NCBI GenBank assembly: GCA_035193785.1
Contig: CP136572.1
Span: forward strand, 4,308,578-4,372,577
From: Planktothrix sp. GU0601_MAG3
GTDB lineage: Bacteria; Cyanobacteriota; Cyanobacteriia; Cyanobacteriales; Microcoleaceae
Length of the DNA: 64,000 bases
Direction: 5' to 3'
Under the pieces are notes generated by a model. That model was not told the origin of the DNA. It did no database searches and worked only from the letters and a program-made list of their open reading frames with translations. The position numbers were made by a program, and so were the translations under genes. This document shows, one piece after another, positions 44,376 through 54,756 of the stretch (position 1 is its first letter; every line of letters begins with the position of its first letter).

Positions 44376-45253
44376 CAATTTTCCTTTTGGTTTCTGGCCA
44401 TATAAAAAGTTTCTAAACTATGGCGGTCTCCAACAAAACGCCAATGCCAAGGTTCATAACTCACTCCTTGGGGATTATTTTTAGGAAAGGATAACTCAAA
44501 ACTATGAAAAGCGGCATTATCTTTTAACCATTGAAACCCCGGAGTTTCTTCAAAACTTACATTCAAATCCGTAGAGGGTCTGCCCCCATCTCCAATATCG
44601 ATGGCATAACCCGTATGATGTTCACTATAACCCGGAGGAGCGCTAACCTCTGCCCGTTTCGTGGCTACTTGTCCCCGTTGGGCTTTTATTTCAAAAAAGA
44701 TCGTTTCCTGGTCTTTAAGACTGCGAAAAGTGGAAATCGCAACTAAACTGACCCCACTGGCTCTGGCATCCTGTTCCATTTCTTGATAGGCTTTGGCGGC
44801 TGCTTTGCGTAACCGATGTCCCCCATCCGCCGTAATACTTTTTAACTCGGATTCCGGGGCTTCTTGATAGGGGAGATGACCCAATAAAGTATTGGGAGGG
44901 GTTGGGGTGGGGGTGGGGGTGGGGGTGGGGGAAGTCGTTGGCGGGGGAGTTGGAGACAAAGACGCAGAAGCCGACGGCGTAATCACGGGAATTGGAGCTT
45001 GGGCCACGGGAATATCAGACCGAGGAGCCAGAATTCCAAATTGATAATTCATCACTAATGCGGTACAGAAGGCTACCACGGCCAACCCTAGCATTTTCCA
45101 GAATAGCCCCGGCTTTCCAGGGGAGCCAGAGGAAACCACCGGAAGCAGGGGAATATCTCGTATCGCCTCTGGAATATCTTCTGTTAATCCATCAGCTACG
45201 GTTTGGGCTTGTTTCGGTAGACTAGAATTCTTCAACGGTTTGACTCCTGACAT
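44375..45253 (-). CDS. M15B D-Ala-D-Ala carboxypeptidase (VanY-like)
   Basis: S.FRS, SAPPGYSEHHTG.A.D, YEPWHWR; one TM plus Pro/Thr linker. Confidence 0.92.
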   Translation of the reverse strand: MSGVKPLKNSSLPKQAQTVADGLTEDIPEAIRDIPLLPVVSSGSPGKPGLFWKMLGLAVVAFCTALVMNYQFGILAPRSDIPVAQAPIPVITPSASASLSPTPPPTTSPTPTPTPTPTPPNTLLGHLPYQEAPESELKSITADGGHRLRKAAAKAYQEMEQDARASGVSLVAISTFRSLKDQETIFFEIKAQRGQVATKRAEVSAPPGYSEHHTGYAIDIGDGGRPSTDLNVSFEETPGFQWLKDNAAFHSFELSFPKNNPQGVSYEPWHWRFVGDRHSLETFYMARNQKEN

Positions 45254-45352
45254 CCATCAAAGTCTCAATTTTATTAGATCATCCCCTATTTAGTCATCCA
45301 TCACAAGCAGTTGTCGATGAATAGCCAAGGGTCAACACTTTAACCAATCTCT

Positions 45353-46295
45353 ATGTCTAATTCTGTAAGTCAACTTTTAACGCTTTATCAATGGCTAATT
45401 GGGGGCGTTTTAATCGGTTGGATTTTGGGTCGAAAATTACCTGAGATTGTTCCCTATTATTTAGGTAAAATTTTATATTGGGGTGTGGTTCCGATCGCCA
45501 TTATTTCCTTTTTAAGAAAAGCTGATTTATCCGGTTCGATATGGATTGCTCCCCTAGTGGCTTGGGCTGCTATTTTCCTCGGTGCGGGGTTAGCGGGGAT
45601 AGGGTTATACTGGCAAAGCCGGACGCCAAAGTGGGATATTTTACCCCTAGCTTTGCCCAGTCAAGGGAGTTTTTTATTGGCGGCGATGGTAGGGAATACG
45701 GGATATATTGGTTTCCCTGTAAGTTTAGCATTAGTCGGCCCGGAATATTTCGGTTGGGCAATATTTTATGATGGATTGGGAACGGTGATTGGAGCCTATG
45801 GGTTGGGGGTGGCTTTAGCTGCTCGATTTGGCATGGGAAAACAAGATCCTTGGCAATTAGTTGGAGTGTCATTAACTAATCCCGCTTTAATTAGTATGGT
45901 AATTGGTTTAATGGTTAGGAATATCCCCTTATCTGAGCCGATAGAAACAGGGGTTAAGAGGGATTGCTTGGGGGAGTGTGGCCTTAACTTTAGTATTAAT
46001 GGGAATGCGTTTAAGTCAGCTTAATTCTTGGCATCATTTCCGACCAGCTTCTGTGAGTTTAGCGATTAAAATGTTAATTGTACCTTTAGTTTTAGGTTAT
46101 GGATTAACACTATTGGGATTAAAGGGATCTCCGTTATTGGTTTTGGTTTTACAAATGGCAACTCCTCCGGCTTTTGCCACTTTAGTATTAGCCGAAGCCT
46201 TTAATTTAGATCGAGAATTAGCCGTTACTAATTTAGCTCTGGGTTCTGCACTCCTATTATTAACTTTACCCCTATGGTTGTTTTTATTTGGTTAA
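45353..46295 (+). CDS. AEC (auxin efflux carrier) family transporter (indels near 45960)
   Basis: GNTGYIGFPV, NPAL, L.LVLMGMRL, IKMLIVP, MATPPAFATLVLAE. Confidence 0.88.
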
Positions 46296-46951
46296 GAAAG
46301 ATAGGAACGTTCGGCCGTCCAATGGCGGTCGGAAGATTGATAAATTCTCGTATTTTCTAAACCCACAGATTCTATAAAATTAATAATTTCATCTAAAGTA
46401 TAAGCCGCCTTTAAGGAATCTCGAAATAATTTTTTCTGATGATCATTACAATCCAGCGCATATTGTTCAACTAACATATTGAGTTCCGTTTCACTACTGG
46501 GACGAGTTAAATCCCTGAGAAATATTCCCCCTTGAGGTTTTAATAATCGCTGAATTTCTTGAAAAAATAGCAGAGGATCGGTTAAATGGTGAATAATACT
46601 ATTGGAAATCACCATATCAAAGGTAGCATCGGGATAGGGTAACTGCTTGGCGTCGATTTGTTCTAATTTAATTTGCTCCTCTAACCCCGCTTGATTAACA
46701 TTTTGATTGCCAATAAATAGCATATTCGCTGATAAATCAATTCCGGTAATTTGCCATTGCGATCGCCTTTGAACAATTAAAATCGGAATTCTGGCTGTCC
46801 CAGTTCCCGCATCTAATATTAATCCGGTTTCTGGCCCTAATTCTATCGCCATTTCTGCAAATTCTTGATTGACTTGGGTAAAATCCATGGCATCATATTC
46901 GCTGGCTTCTTCCCAAGTATCCATGACTTCCGGTTCCGGGATACGTTCCAT
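46292..46951 (-). CDS. Class I SAM-dependent methyltransferase
   Basis: ILDAGTGTA, IDLS, DAKQLPY, ISNSIIHH. Confidence 0.9.
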   Translation of the reverse strand: MERIPEPEVMDTWEEASEYDAMDFTQVNQEFAEMAIELGPETGLILDAGTGTARIPILIVQRRSQWQITGIDLSANMLFIGNQNVNQAGLEEQIKLEQIDAKQLPYPDATFDMVISNSIIHHLTDPLLFFQEIQRLLKPQGGIFLRDLTRPSSETELNMLVEQYALDCNDHQKKLFRDSLKAAYTLDEIINFIESVGLENTRIYQSSDRHWTAERSYLS

Positions 46952-47011
46952 AACTGTTATTTAGATGAATGTGATCTGGCTGCTTTCATTCCTATTTTAT
47001 AGGATCGGTTT

Positions 47012-47048
47012 CGTTTCCAAACCCCAGATCAAATCAGGTTTGGAAACG
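47012..47048. repeat. 12-bp inverted repeat (hairpin or REP-like)
   Basis: CGTTTCCAAACC / GGTTTGGAAACG. Confidence 0.7.
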
Positions 47049-47075
47049 GTTGTTAAATTGCTGTTAATTTTCCGG

Positions 47076-48282
47076 TTAATTCTGCTTGATTGATAATAGA
47101 ATCAACTGTCGATTAAAAAGCGATCGCACCCCCTCTAAATCAAAAGAGATTTCAGTTAAAATTTCCCCAACAGTTCGAGGAGATGCTGAATTTTGATCAC
47201 AGGTTTTGAGAAACTCAAATTCCGCATCGGATAAACTGACAATTTGATAATTATAGTCAAATAAACTTTGACTCGGCCAGCCATTCATACAGGGACTGCG
47301 TTCAGGAATAGCAGCTAATAATTCCTGATCATTTGACCATTTATTCAGTGGTAAAGGGGGACGTCCCAGGAAAAATTCATAATGACTAATCTCAGGATCG
47401 AGAAGTTCAATTAAACGATAGCGTTGGCGATCGCTCAATTGACTCGCCCGTTCTAGCAACTCCGGTGAGTCCCCAATTAATCGCTCTAAATTCCAATAAT
47501 TGGGATTAGAAAAACCAATAAATGCCAACCCCGAAGCATCAATTAACTCAAATAAACCATCAATATTGTAGTCAATTTCTTGAGGATGGACATACATATC
47601 AGCAAAACATTCATCCCGCTGATTTTCCAATCCCCAACGTTTAGATTCATAAGTGACTAAGCGATTTTTTTCCGGTAGAGCTTCAAAAATCTGACGACCA
47701 ATTTTTACTCCGTCCTGATAATCTCCCCGTTTTTCTCCTTGTAGAAGGGCGATCGCTTTTTGCATCAACTGAACTTCCCAGCGTCCCAATTCAGCATAGA
47801 CAAAAACGTGCATTAACCCCCCTGGGGCCAACTTTAACGCTAAGGTTTGAATCCCGCGAATCGGATCGGGTAAATGGTGCAAAACCCCAACACAGTTGAT
47901 AAAATCAAACTGTCCTTCCAACTGTCCCGCATCATAGAGACTTAAACGGCGAAATTCCGGGGAGGGAGTTCCGGGGGTAGAAATCCCAGACCGACGACAG
48001 CGTTTCTATGGCCGTTTGGATCGCTCCTTCACTCAGGTCAATTCCGAGAACCGAGGCTTCTGGGTTAAGTATAATTAAATACTCCGTACTCGAACCCGTA
48101 CCGCAGCCCGCATCTAAAATACGGATATCAAGATTTTGGGGCTTCTGACCCGTACAAAAACTATAGGCCACTGGCCAAGACCATCGCCAGTTGTACCCAG
48201 GGGGCGGTTCATCTAGTAGGGGGTCAGGGGGAAAGGGATAGGTGTCATAAAGTCGTTTAACCGCAGAACTAACTTCTTCCAT
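47076..48282 (-). CDS. Class I SAM-dependent methyltransferase (indel near 48005)
   Basis: YDTYPFPP, ILDAGCGTG, FDFINCVGVLHHL, D.YVHPQE. Confidence 0.88.
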
Positions 48283-48503
48283 CGTTGTGATCCATTAAAA
48301 AAATATAGTTTCATCCGTCAGGGTAGCATGGGAGGTTACAGAGCTTATTGGCTATTCTTTTAACTTTCTAAAATAGTTCGTTGTTATAGAATTTGCTGCG
48401 ATCAACGCAGAGGAGTTGGAGGGTTTGGTGGAGGTTGGTTTCGGTGAGTTGGTGCGTTGCTATGGCATGATTAAAAGTAGGTCAGTACCGTGAGGTTTTG
48501 TAA

Positions 48504-48749
48504 ATGATGAGGTTTAATGATGTAGTCGAGGTAATTAAAGGTCTTTCTACGGATGAAAAGCAGGAAATTCAACTGTTATTGAACCAATACATCCGTGAAG
48601 AACGCCGTGATGAGATATATGATAACTTCAAGTTAGCGCAGGTAGAACAGCAAAAAGGTGAACTAAAGTTTTCCTCTAATATTAACGAACTAAGACAATT
48701 AATAAAAGCTGTGTTTGTAGATATTGGTAACCATAATCAGGTGTATTAG
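48504..48749 (+). pseudogene. Antitoxin-like gene fused to the C-terminal remnant of a RelE/YafQ-like toxin
   Basis: The tail KAVFVDIGNHNQVY matches the DIG.H..VY terminus typical of RelE/YafQ-type toxins. Confidence 0.65.
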
Positions 48750-48814
48750 TTATCAGGGTCTGGTGGAATCTTTAGGGCAGTGGTAAGATAGAAAAATAAA
48801 TTCAAGGTTGTTTT

Positions 48815-49039
48815 ATGTCAAATCCTGAATTATTAGCGCAACTGCGGCAGTTATCCCCTGCTGAGAAGGTTGAAATGATGCAGTTTTTAACGACCGAATT
48901 GGCGAAAGAAGAAGGTTTAAAATCATTAGATAATGACGTGGTTTACCGTCTTTGGTCGCCTTATGATTATGGTGACGCTGCTCAGAAATTAATGAGCTTA
49001 TTAGAACAAGAAAAAGCGAAAGAAAATGCGAAATGCTAA
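48815..49039 (+). CDS. Small helical protein, antitoxin-like
   Basis: ELL.QL.QLS.AEK...MQFL..ELA.EE...WSPYD...AA..L..LL; overlaps the next gene by 14 nt. Confidence 0.75.
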   Translation: MSNPELLAQLRQLSPAEKVEMMQFLTTELAKEEGLKSLDNDVVYRLWSPYDYGDAAQKLMSLLEQEKAKENAKC

Positions 49040-49451
49040 ACGATTTTCTTTTATTGAACGCCGGAATCAAGCGGGAGAGGCTAATGTTTTTCCCTGTGTA
49101 CCCATAACTTTAAGCTATCGCGATTGTGTTTTAGAAGTTGTTGGTTTGTTAGATACGGGAGCGAGTCTTAATATCTTACCGCACCATGTTGGTTTAGCGT
49201 TAGGAGCCGTTTGGGAGGAGCAAACACTTTCAATTCCGTTAGCAGGTAATCTTGCGCCAGTGGAAGCAAGGGGTTTAGCTGTTGTGGGACAAATTAGCGA
49301 TTTTCCACCTGTTCGTTTAGCTTTTGCTTGGGCGAAGTCTAACGATCCACCTATTATTTTAGGTCAGTTAAACTTTTTTATGGAGTTTGATGTCTGTTTT
49401 TATCGTTCACAGTTGGCATTTGAAATATGTCCTAAATTTAGGGATAGTTGA
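49026..49451 (+). CDS. Retropepsin-like aspartic protease
   Basis: GLLDTGAS catalytic motif and distal IILGQLNFF. Confidence 0.82.
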   Translation: MRNAKRFSFIERRNQAGEANVFPCVPITLSYRDCVLEVVGLLDTGASLNILPHHVGLALGAVWEEQTLSIPLAGNLAPVEARGLAVVGQISDFPPVRLAFAWAKSNDPPIILGQLNFFMEFDVCFYRSQLAFEICPKFRDS

Positions 49452-49551
49452 GATTATTAGTATTCTCAAACAAAATTGACTCTGTTATTTTGTGTTAGAA
49501 TGCGATCTCTGTGATTTCCGCACCCTACTTTTCCGTTAATTTTAGTCAACA

Positions 49552-49845
49552 TTAAGCCTTTTCTAAAGGCGCCATAGTTAACCCTTCTCGACTTAATTGT
49601 TGATGATATAATTCCGCTTGTTCTTGGGGGCCAACCCATACCGTCGCTTGACCTTCATAATGGATTTGATTAGTTAATTCCCAGGCACTATCGGCTGTCA
49701 TCCCAGGAATATATTTCATCAAACAATTACTAACGTGTTCAAAGGTATTAAAATCATCATTTAAGACAATTACCTTATAATTGGGATAGGTTTGATTAAC
49801 AGTTTGACGAGAGCGAGTGGGTGCAATAGTAGGTGAACTTGCCAT
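49552..49845 (-). CDS. clpS: Clp protease adaptor ClpS
   Basis: YKVIVLNDDFNTF, IHYEGQA; the start could instead be 49878. Confidence 0.93.
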   Translation of the reverse strand: MASSPTIAPTRSRQTVNQTYPNYKVIVLNDDFNTFEHVSNCLMKYIPGMTADSAWELTNQIHYEGQATVWVGPQEQAELYHQQLSREGLTMAPLEKA

Positions 49846-50079
49846 CCCTCGAATAGATCCTAAAATTCCTGTGTTCATATCAATAACCCTAATTTCAAAT
49901 GCAATACAAACTAAAGAATAATTTTTTATACTCTCAACCCAAACCTGAATAATTGAGGTTTTTGGCATTGATTTAGAATCATTATACCTTAAAATGAGTA
50001 TTTTGGTTATCAATTGGTTAGAAATGATTTTAAGGACTGGTGATGATCCAGATGCAGTTGCTAATTGAGAAAATGATAC

Positions 50080-50268
50080 ATGGAGAGTAGAAAAATCATC
50101 AAGAAATTACAACAAAATGGATGGTATCAAGTCGGTGTTACTGGCAGTCATTATCATTTTAAACATCCCGTAAAATCGGGTAAAGTTACTGTACCCCATC
50201 CGAAAAGGGATATTCCGATTCAAACCTTAAAAAGTATTGAAAAACAAGCTGGAATTAAATTAACATAA
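50080..50268 (+). CDS. hicA: HicA toxin
   Basis: L...GW....GSH..FKHP...GKVTVPHP. Confidence 0.93.
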   Translation: MESRKIIKKLQQNGWYQVGVTGSHYHFKHPVKSGKVTVPHPKRDIPIQTLKSIEKQAGIKLT

Positions 50269-50279
50269 AGGAGAAAAAA

Positions 50280-50612
50280 ATGACTTATTATATTGCCACT
50301 GTTCATAAAGATACTGATAGTGATTATGGAGTGCAATTTTATGATTTTCCGGGTTGTATTACTGCCGAAGAAACGATAGAAGCCACACAAATTATAGCTC
50401 AAGAAGCCTTAATAGGTCATATTAATTTAATGGTTGCTGATGGAGATGAAATCCCAGTTCCCAGTTCCCTAGAAACAATTTTAAGCGATAGTGATCATCA
50501 AGATGCGATCGCATTTTTAGTAATTCATATTCCCGATAAAATTTTCAATAGAATTAACACTTCGACTAACAAACAACAACCCTTAAAGTTTGCCAAAAGC
50601 TCCCCAAATTAA
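50280..50612 (+). CDS. hicB: HicB antitoxin, C-terminally shortened
   Basis: YGVQFYDFPGC.T...T.E......EAL..H.....DG..IP.P. Confidence 0.88.
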   Translation: MTYYIATVHKDTDSDYGVQFYDFPGCITAEETIEATQIIAQEALIGHINLMVADGDEIPVPSSLETILSDSDHQDAIAFLVIHIPDKIFNRINTSTNKQQPLKFAKSSPN

Positions 50613-52708
50613 ACCGGAAATCATCCCCCAAATACTACCAATACCAGCCGATACAATCATTGAACCAATTAATAAAGAAGTTGTGCCTGTGGTTGCAGAA
50701 GTATCTAAAAAATTAGCAAAAGTTGTGGCAGCTAAAACCCCTAAACCTGCCCCGGAAATTGCTCCTAAAAAATTCCCCCAAATTGCCCCAATAAATGCTC
50801 CCCTAAATCCCGATAAATTCAAGGATAAGGGTAAACTAGGAGCGCCTCCAACCGTTCCAAATAATCCCCCCGCCAAACTGCCACCAATAGTTCCTACCCC
50901 CGCCGCCACAATAGCCGTCGCCATTATTCTGAGGGCGATTTCCGAGGAATTTGAAGTTGAATTAATATTATAATTAGTCTGTTCAAACTGTTGCCAACCT
51001 ACGGCTAAAATCCCTAATCCAATTCCCCCTAAAGTTCCCAAATATGACCCCCAAACTCCCCCAACAAATGCCCCGCGTCTCCCCCACAACCGTCCAATAT
51101 GGGGTAAGGATAACGGAGGTTTAAATAAATGCCAAACCGCACCCCAAACCATCCCCATTAAAGTCCCCCACATTAAGGTTTGACCAATCAAGGGTTCCCG
51201 TTCCACTACCCCGAAGATTAATCCGGCAATCACCGCAGCCACAAAAACACCCGACCAGCCCCCCACAATTAACGCCACTACTCGGTTTAATCCCCCGGGC
51301 GGAGGGAGATACACACTAATAACTATCCCCAGAAATGCCCCCCACATTGCCCCCACAATTAACCCGCCAATAATCGCTTCTTTCCCCTGGACAAACGCAA
51401 TAATTAGGGCAATAATTGCCGATAAAACCGATGTTCCCCACAGTCCTCCTAACACAACTCCTTCAAATATATTCCCGAATAAATTTTGGAGATAAAAATT
51501 AGGAGCTTGGGGCAAAACTAAGGTTTTTTTTGCCGTTGGTTGAACAAAAATAGGACGGTTTGCCGGAGTGAATAAAGGACGATTATTAACCGGAATAGGT
51601 TTATTATTTAAAACTCGTTTGCGCTTGCGTTTTAGCGGTTGTAAATTCTGTTTTTGTTTGACAGCCATGCGGGAAGGAAAGGGATCGCGCCCCCCTAATT
51701 TTTCCGTGCGATCGCACCAAGGACAATGGCTTAAATGATTGCCATAACGATGTTCTGATTGTTGGGTACAGGTAATTAAATTATCTTCGGCTTCTTTTAA
51801 TACTATTAACCAAGTTTTCGCATCGGGTCTAAGTTGGGGATTTTTATATCCCATTTCAAAACATTGAATAAATAATTGTTGCAGTTTGGGATACAGGATT
51901 TCAAAAGGGGGAGCATAGGGCATGGGTTGATAGGGAACCTGTTTTGTCCCATAGACAAAATGACCCGCCCGCACCCTAGACTCAATGGCTGGAGGGTCGC
52001 CACTGCCCTGATAGACCCCGGAAAAGGGGTGAGTTTTCCCTCCATCAATAACAGAAATATTAATACCGCCAGTCCAAACCGATCCTGTTCTGGGGTGCGG
52101 TTTAAGTCCCGAAAGGCTTGTCCCTGAAGTTCTGGGGGGGTAAATTCGGCTTTTCCCACGGGACAGCGATAAATTAACCCAGTATCGGGATCTCGAACTT
52201 GAAAGGAGTCGGTATCAACCAGGGTTACTAATGCCGTATCACTAACTAAAATATTAGATTCATTAACATCACCAATAATATATCCACTACTATGTAAATC
52301 GGCAATAGAAGCAACTAAATTACGCGCAGTACGATGGAGATATAAATAGTTAAATAAAGGCTTTTGTTCCCGGCGACTTTTGGGGGTATAAAAAATATGA
52401 ATTGGGGTGGCTTTATGCACCCGCGGCATTAAATAACCGATAATTCGGCGCTTGGGGTCGGTGGTATGGAGCAGGTCAACGGGCCAAGCGATCGCCGTCG
52501 TTTCCGGGGAAACCATCGCCGTCGCCGGGGGATAGTTATACATGACGGTGAGTTTTTCGGCGTCTTCGTCGCTGGGTTTATGGTAGATTTTGGCAACTAA
52601 ATTCGGATCTTCTAATATCCCATAGATACGTCCTTCCCCCCCACTCCCTAGAGGGTTGTGGGTGTCAAGCGTGATGGTTTGTCCGTTGAATTGGCGTTGC
52701 AGCCGCAT
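50583..52708 (-). CDS. YegI-like Ser/Thr kinase with Cys/His cluster and Gly-rich multi-TM C terminus (indel near 52030)
   Basis: GSGGEG, AKIYH, GDVNESNILV, VDTDSFQ, TPPELQG, DRFGLAV; HRY..HLSHCPWC; GxxxG/WG repeats. Confidence 0.85.
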
Positions 52709-52830
52709 AGCAAGTTAGGGGTTGAACCGTTGCACCTGTTGAATCGTATTTCCAGCATAGCGTGTTGGGGAAGGGTTATCCTTTCTTGAGGAGGTAAACT
52801 ACACTCTTGTAAACAGGAGACTAAAAAGTA

Positions 52831-53133
52831 GATCGCAACTTACGCAAAAAGTTACCTGCGTCTTTGCCAATTTTTACACAATTGCTGGCTAATATTAACC
52901 CTGAATTTCAACCCGATCCATCACTAGAAGAATCATTGCGCTGGGCCGATATTATTGAAGCTAAAGATACCCCGATTTTAGCGGCGGCTGTTCTGGCAAA
53001 TGTTGACCGCCTGTTGAGTTTAAATACTAAAGATTTTACTGCTGAAGTTGCTGCACAAAGCGGGTTAATGATTCAAACTCCAGCACAATTTGTTAGAGAA
53101 ATCCGAGAAATTGTGGAAGAAGGTTTGTCGTGA
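52831..53133 (+). pseudogene. 5'-truncated PIN-domain gene
   Basis: Frame open from about 52825 (DRNLRKKLP...KDTPILAAA...LLSLNTKDF); the N-terminal acidic PIN motif is missing. Confidence 0.72.
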
Positions 53134-53213
53134 AAGTGATTTGATAATGATGAGAAAGAAAAAGGCGATCACACTTAGTTTTGTTCGTAAGGGCGATCGC
53201 GCTTTTGAGTAAT

Positions 53214-53675
53214 TCAGTCTAGCCTCCCGAATTTTTCTTCTCGCTCCCTTGCTTCCTGTTCCTTCCTTTTTTTTTCTTCTGCTTTCTCAATTGGTTCTAG
53301 TTTTAACCTTAAAGACTCTATATGATTGAGCCAAGAACCTATGCGAAAGCAAGAGATACTACGCTGGGAATGATTTATCCCATAAAAGTATACTGAAAAA
53401 ACATTGGTGCCAAGAGATCCTAGATTGATGCTGACATCAGCTCCTGTCCTTCCATTATTATGGAGTCTCACATAATGCTCAATCTCAACAGTGTCATCCT
53501 TGTAATTCCACCTATATATTCTTTCGTTATCATCCTCTTCTTCTTCTTCTTTTTTACCAAAACGTCTAGCAAAACTGCGACTGATATTATAAACTTCATA
53601 CAATAGCGATACTTGCCATCCAACTTTTTCATCAAATGTTTCAATTTGTTGCCAGTCGTATTTATTTATTGACAT
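53214..53675 (-). CDS. Hypothetical protein with C-terminal charged helix
   Basis: 153-aa ATG-started ORF; no family recognised. Confidence 0.65.
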   Translation of the reverse strand: MSINKYDWQQIETFDEKVGWQVSLLYEVYNISRSFARRFGKKEEEEEDDNERIYRWNYKDDTVEIEHYVRLHNNGRTGADVSINLGSLGTNVFSVYFYGINHSQRSISCFRIGSWLNHIESLRLKLEPIEKAEEKKRKEQEAREREEKFGRLD

Positions 53676-53771
53676 TGTAATATTTTGAGATTTCTTATGT
53701 ATTTTGTACGTGAATAGTTAGGAATAAACATCGCTGTTCAAAATTATATTTACTCCTAAAACTATAGAAAT

Positions 53772-54059
53772 CTATTTCATCAAGAGATTAGGCAGTTTTT
53801 GTCCTATATCCTCGATAACATAATCAGAAAAACTCGAAGCAAAATGCCTACCTCCACTCTTCATTTGGTAGCCAGATTGCCTAGATTGGTTGTTATACCA
53901 ATAATGAACATGGTTATCATCTGGATCTGATTCACTGGCAGGTGCTACAAGAAAGCCTATTACAAGACCTGATGATGTATCAACGTTAAACTTAACTTGA
54001 TATCCAGGCAATTCAGAGTAAGTATTCCAATTTTTTGGCCAAACTCGATCTTTTGCCAT
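53772..54059 (-). CDS. Hypothetical protein
   Basis: 95-aa ORF with an AGGTG SD-like sequence before the ATG; no family recognised. Confidence 0.65.
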   Translation of the reverse strand: MAKDRVWPKNWNTYSELPGYQVKFNVDTSSGLVIGFLVAPASESDPDDNHVHYWYNNQSRQSGYQMKSGGRHFASSFSDYVIEDIGQKLPNLLMK

Positions 54060-54085
54060 AAAACACCTGCTAATTTTTTTTCATG

Positions 54086-54206
54086 CTAGACCGATCGTAC
54101 CGTCTATGTAAAGCGAAAAAAGTTGGAAAAAGTTGGCTCTTCCTAGAATTGCGATCGACAACTGGTATACAAAGCAAAAAAGTTGGAAAAAGTTGAGAAA
54201 AGTTGG
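54086..54206. promoter_or_regulatory. Phased direct repeats in a divergent intergenic region
   Basis: AAAAGTTG at 54118, 54128, 54178, 54188 and 54198. Confidence 0.65.
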
Positions 54207-54240
54207 TTATAGTAACTACAGTTATCTCACCATCCCACCT

Positions 54241-54756
54241 ATGGACAGTCCTCAAATATTGCAATTTGTCGATGAAACTGTCTACACCAAGACAGGCAAA
54301 CATCTAAATGACTTGCAGCGAAGGATTATCGGAGGAATACTGAATCGTCAAAAGTATGCTGACGTTGCAGAAACTTATGGCTATAGTGCCAAACACATTA
54401 AGAAAGCTAGTCACGAACTTTTACAAATGTTATCTGATATTTTTGGCGAACAAGTTAAGAAAAGTAATCTTGAATCTGTTTTAGAACGGCAAATAAATCA
54501 AAACATAAATCTTGGTGATTATAATACTTTTCAAAACAATAAAATTAGCTATACTAACAATTGTTCAAATCCTTCTACTCATTCTACTCCTACCCCAGAG
54601 AAAAGTCAGCCCGAAACTCCTGATTTTCATCGCAATAATCAAGCTGATTTTGAAAAAATTGGTAAATTACGGCAATTTGGTTTGAGCGACGAGCAAATTG
54701 CAGAGATACTAGAGATACCTTTAGAGGTGGTTAAGCAGGTGAACTTCGAGGAGTAA
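54241..54756 (+). CDS. Stand-alone HTH protein with a second small C-terminal HTH
   Basis: N-terminal TGKHLNDLQ..I..G.....Y..VAE..GYS...K.....L...LS...GE.V.K.N resembles the domain heading cyanobacterial NB-ARC/WD40 proteins; C-terminal L...GLS.EQIA..L..PLE.V. Confidence 0.78.
   Translation: MDSPQILQFVDETVYTKTGKHLNDLQRRIIGGILNRQKYADVAETYGYSAKHIKKASHELLQMLSDIFGEQVKKSNLESVLERQINQNINLGDYNTFQNNKISYTNNCSNPSTHSTPTPEKSQPETPDFHRNNQADFEKIGKLRQFGLSDEQIAEILEIPLEVVKQVNFEE

Noticed and set aside
50590..50973. Antisense Pro-rich ORF and similar shadow ORFs (e.g. 12126..12587, 22281..22619, 57107..57403)
   Set aside because: They overlap well-supported genes on the opposite strand and show no motifs of their own.
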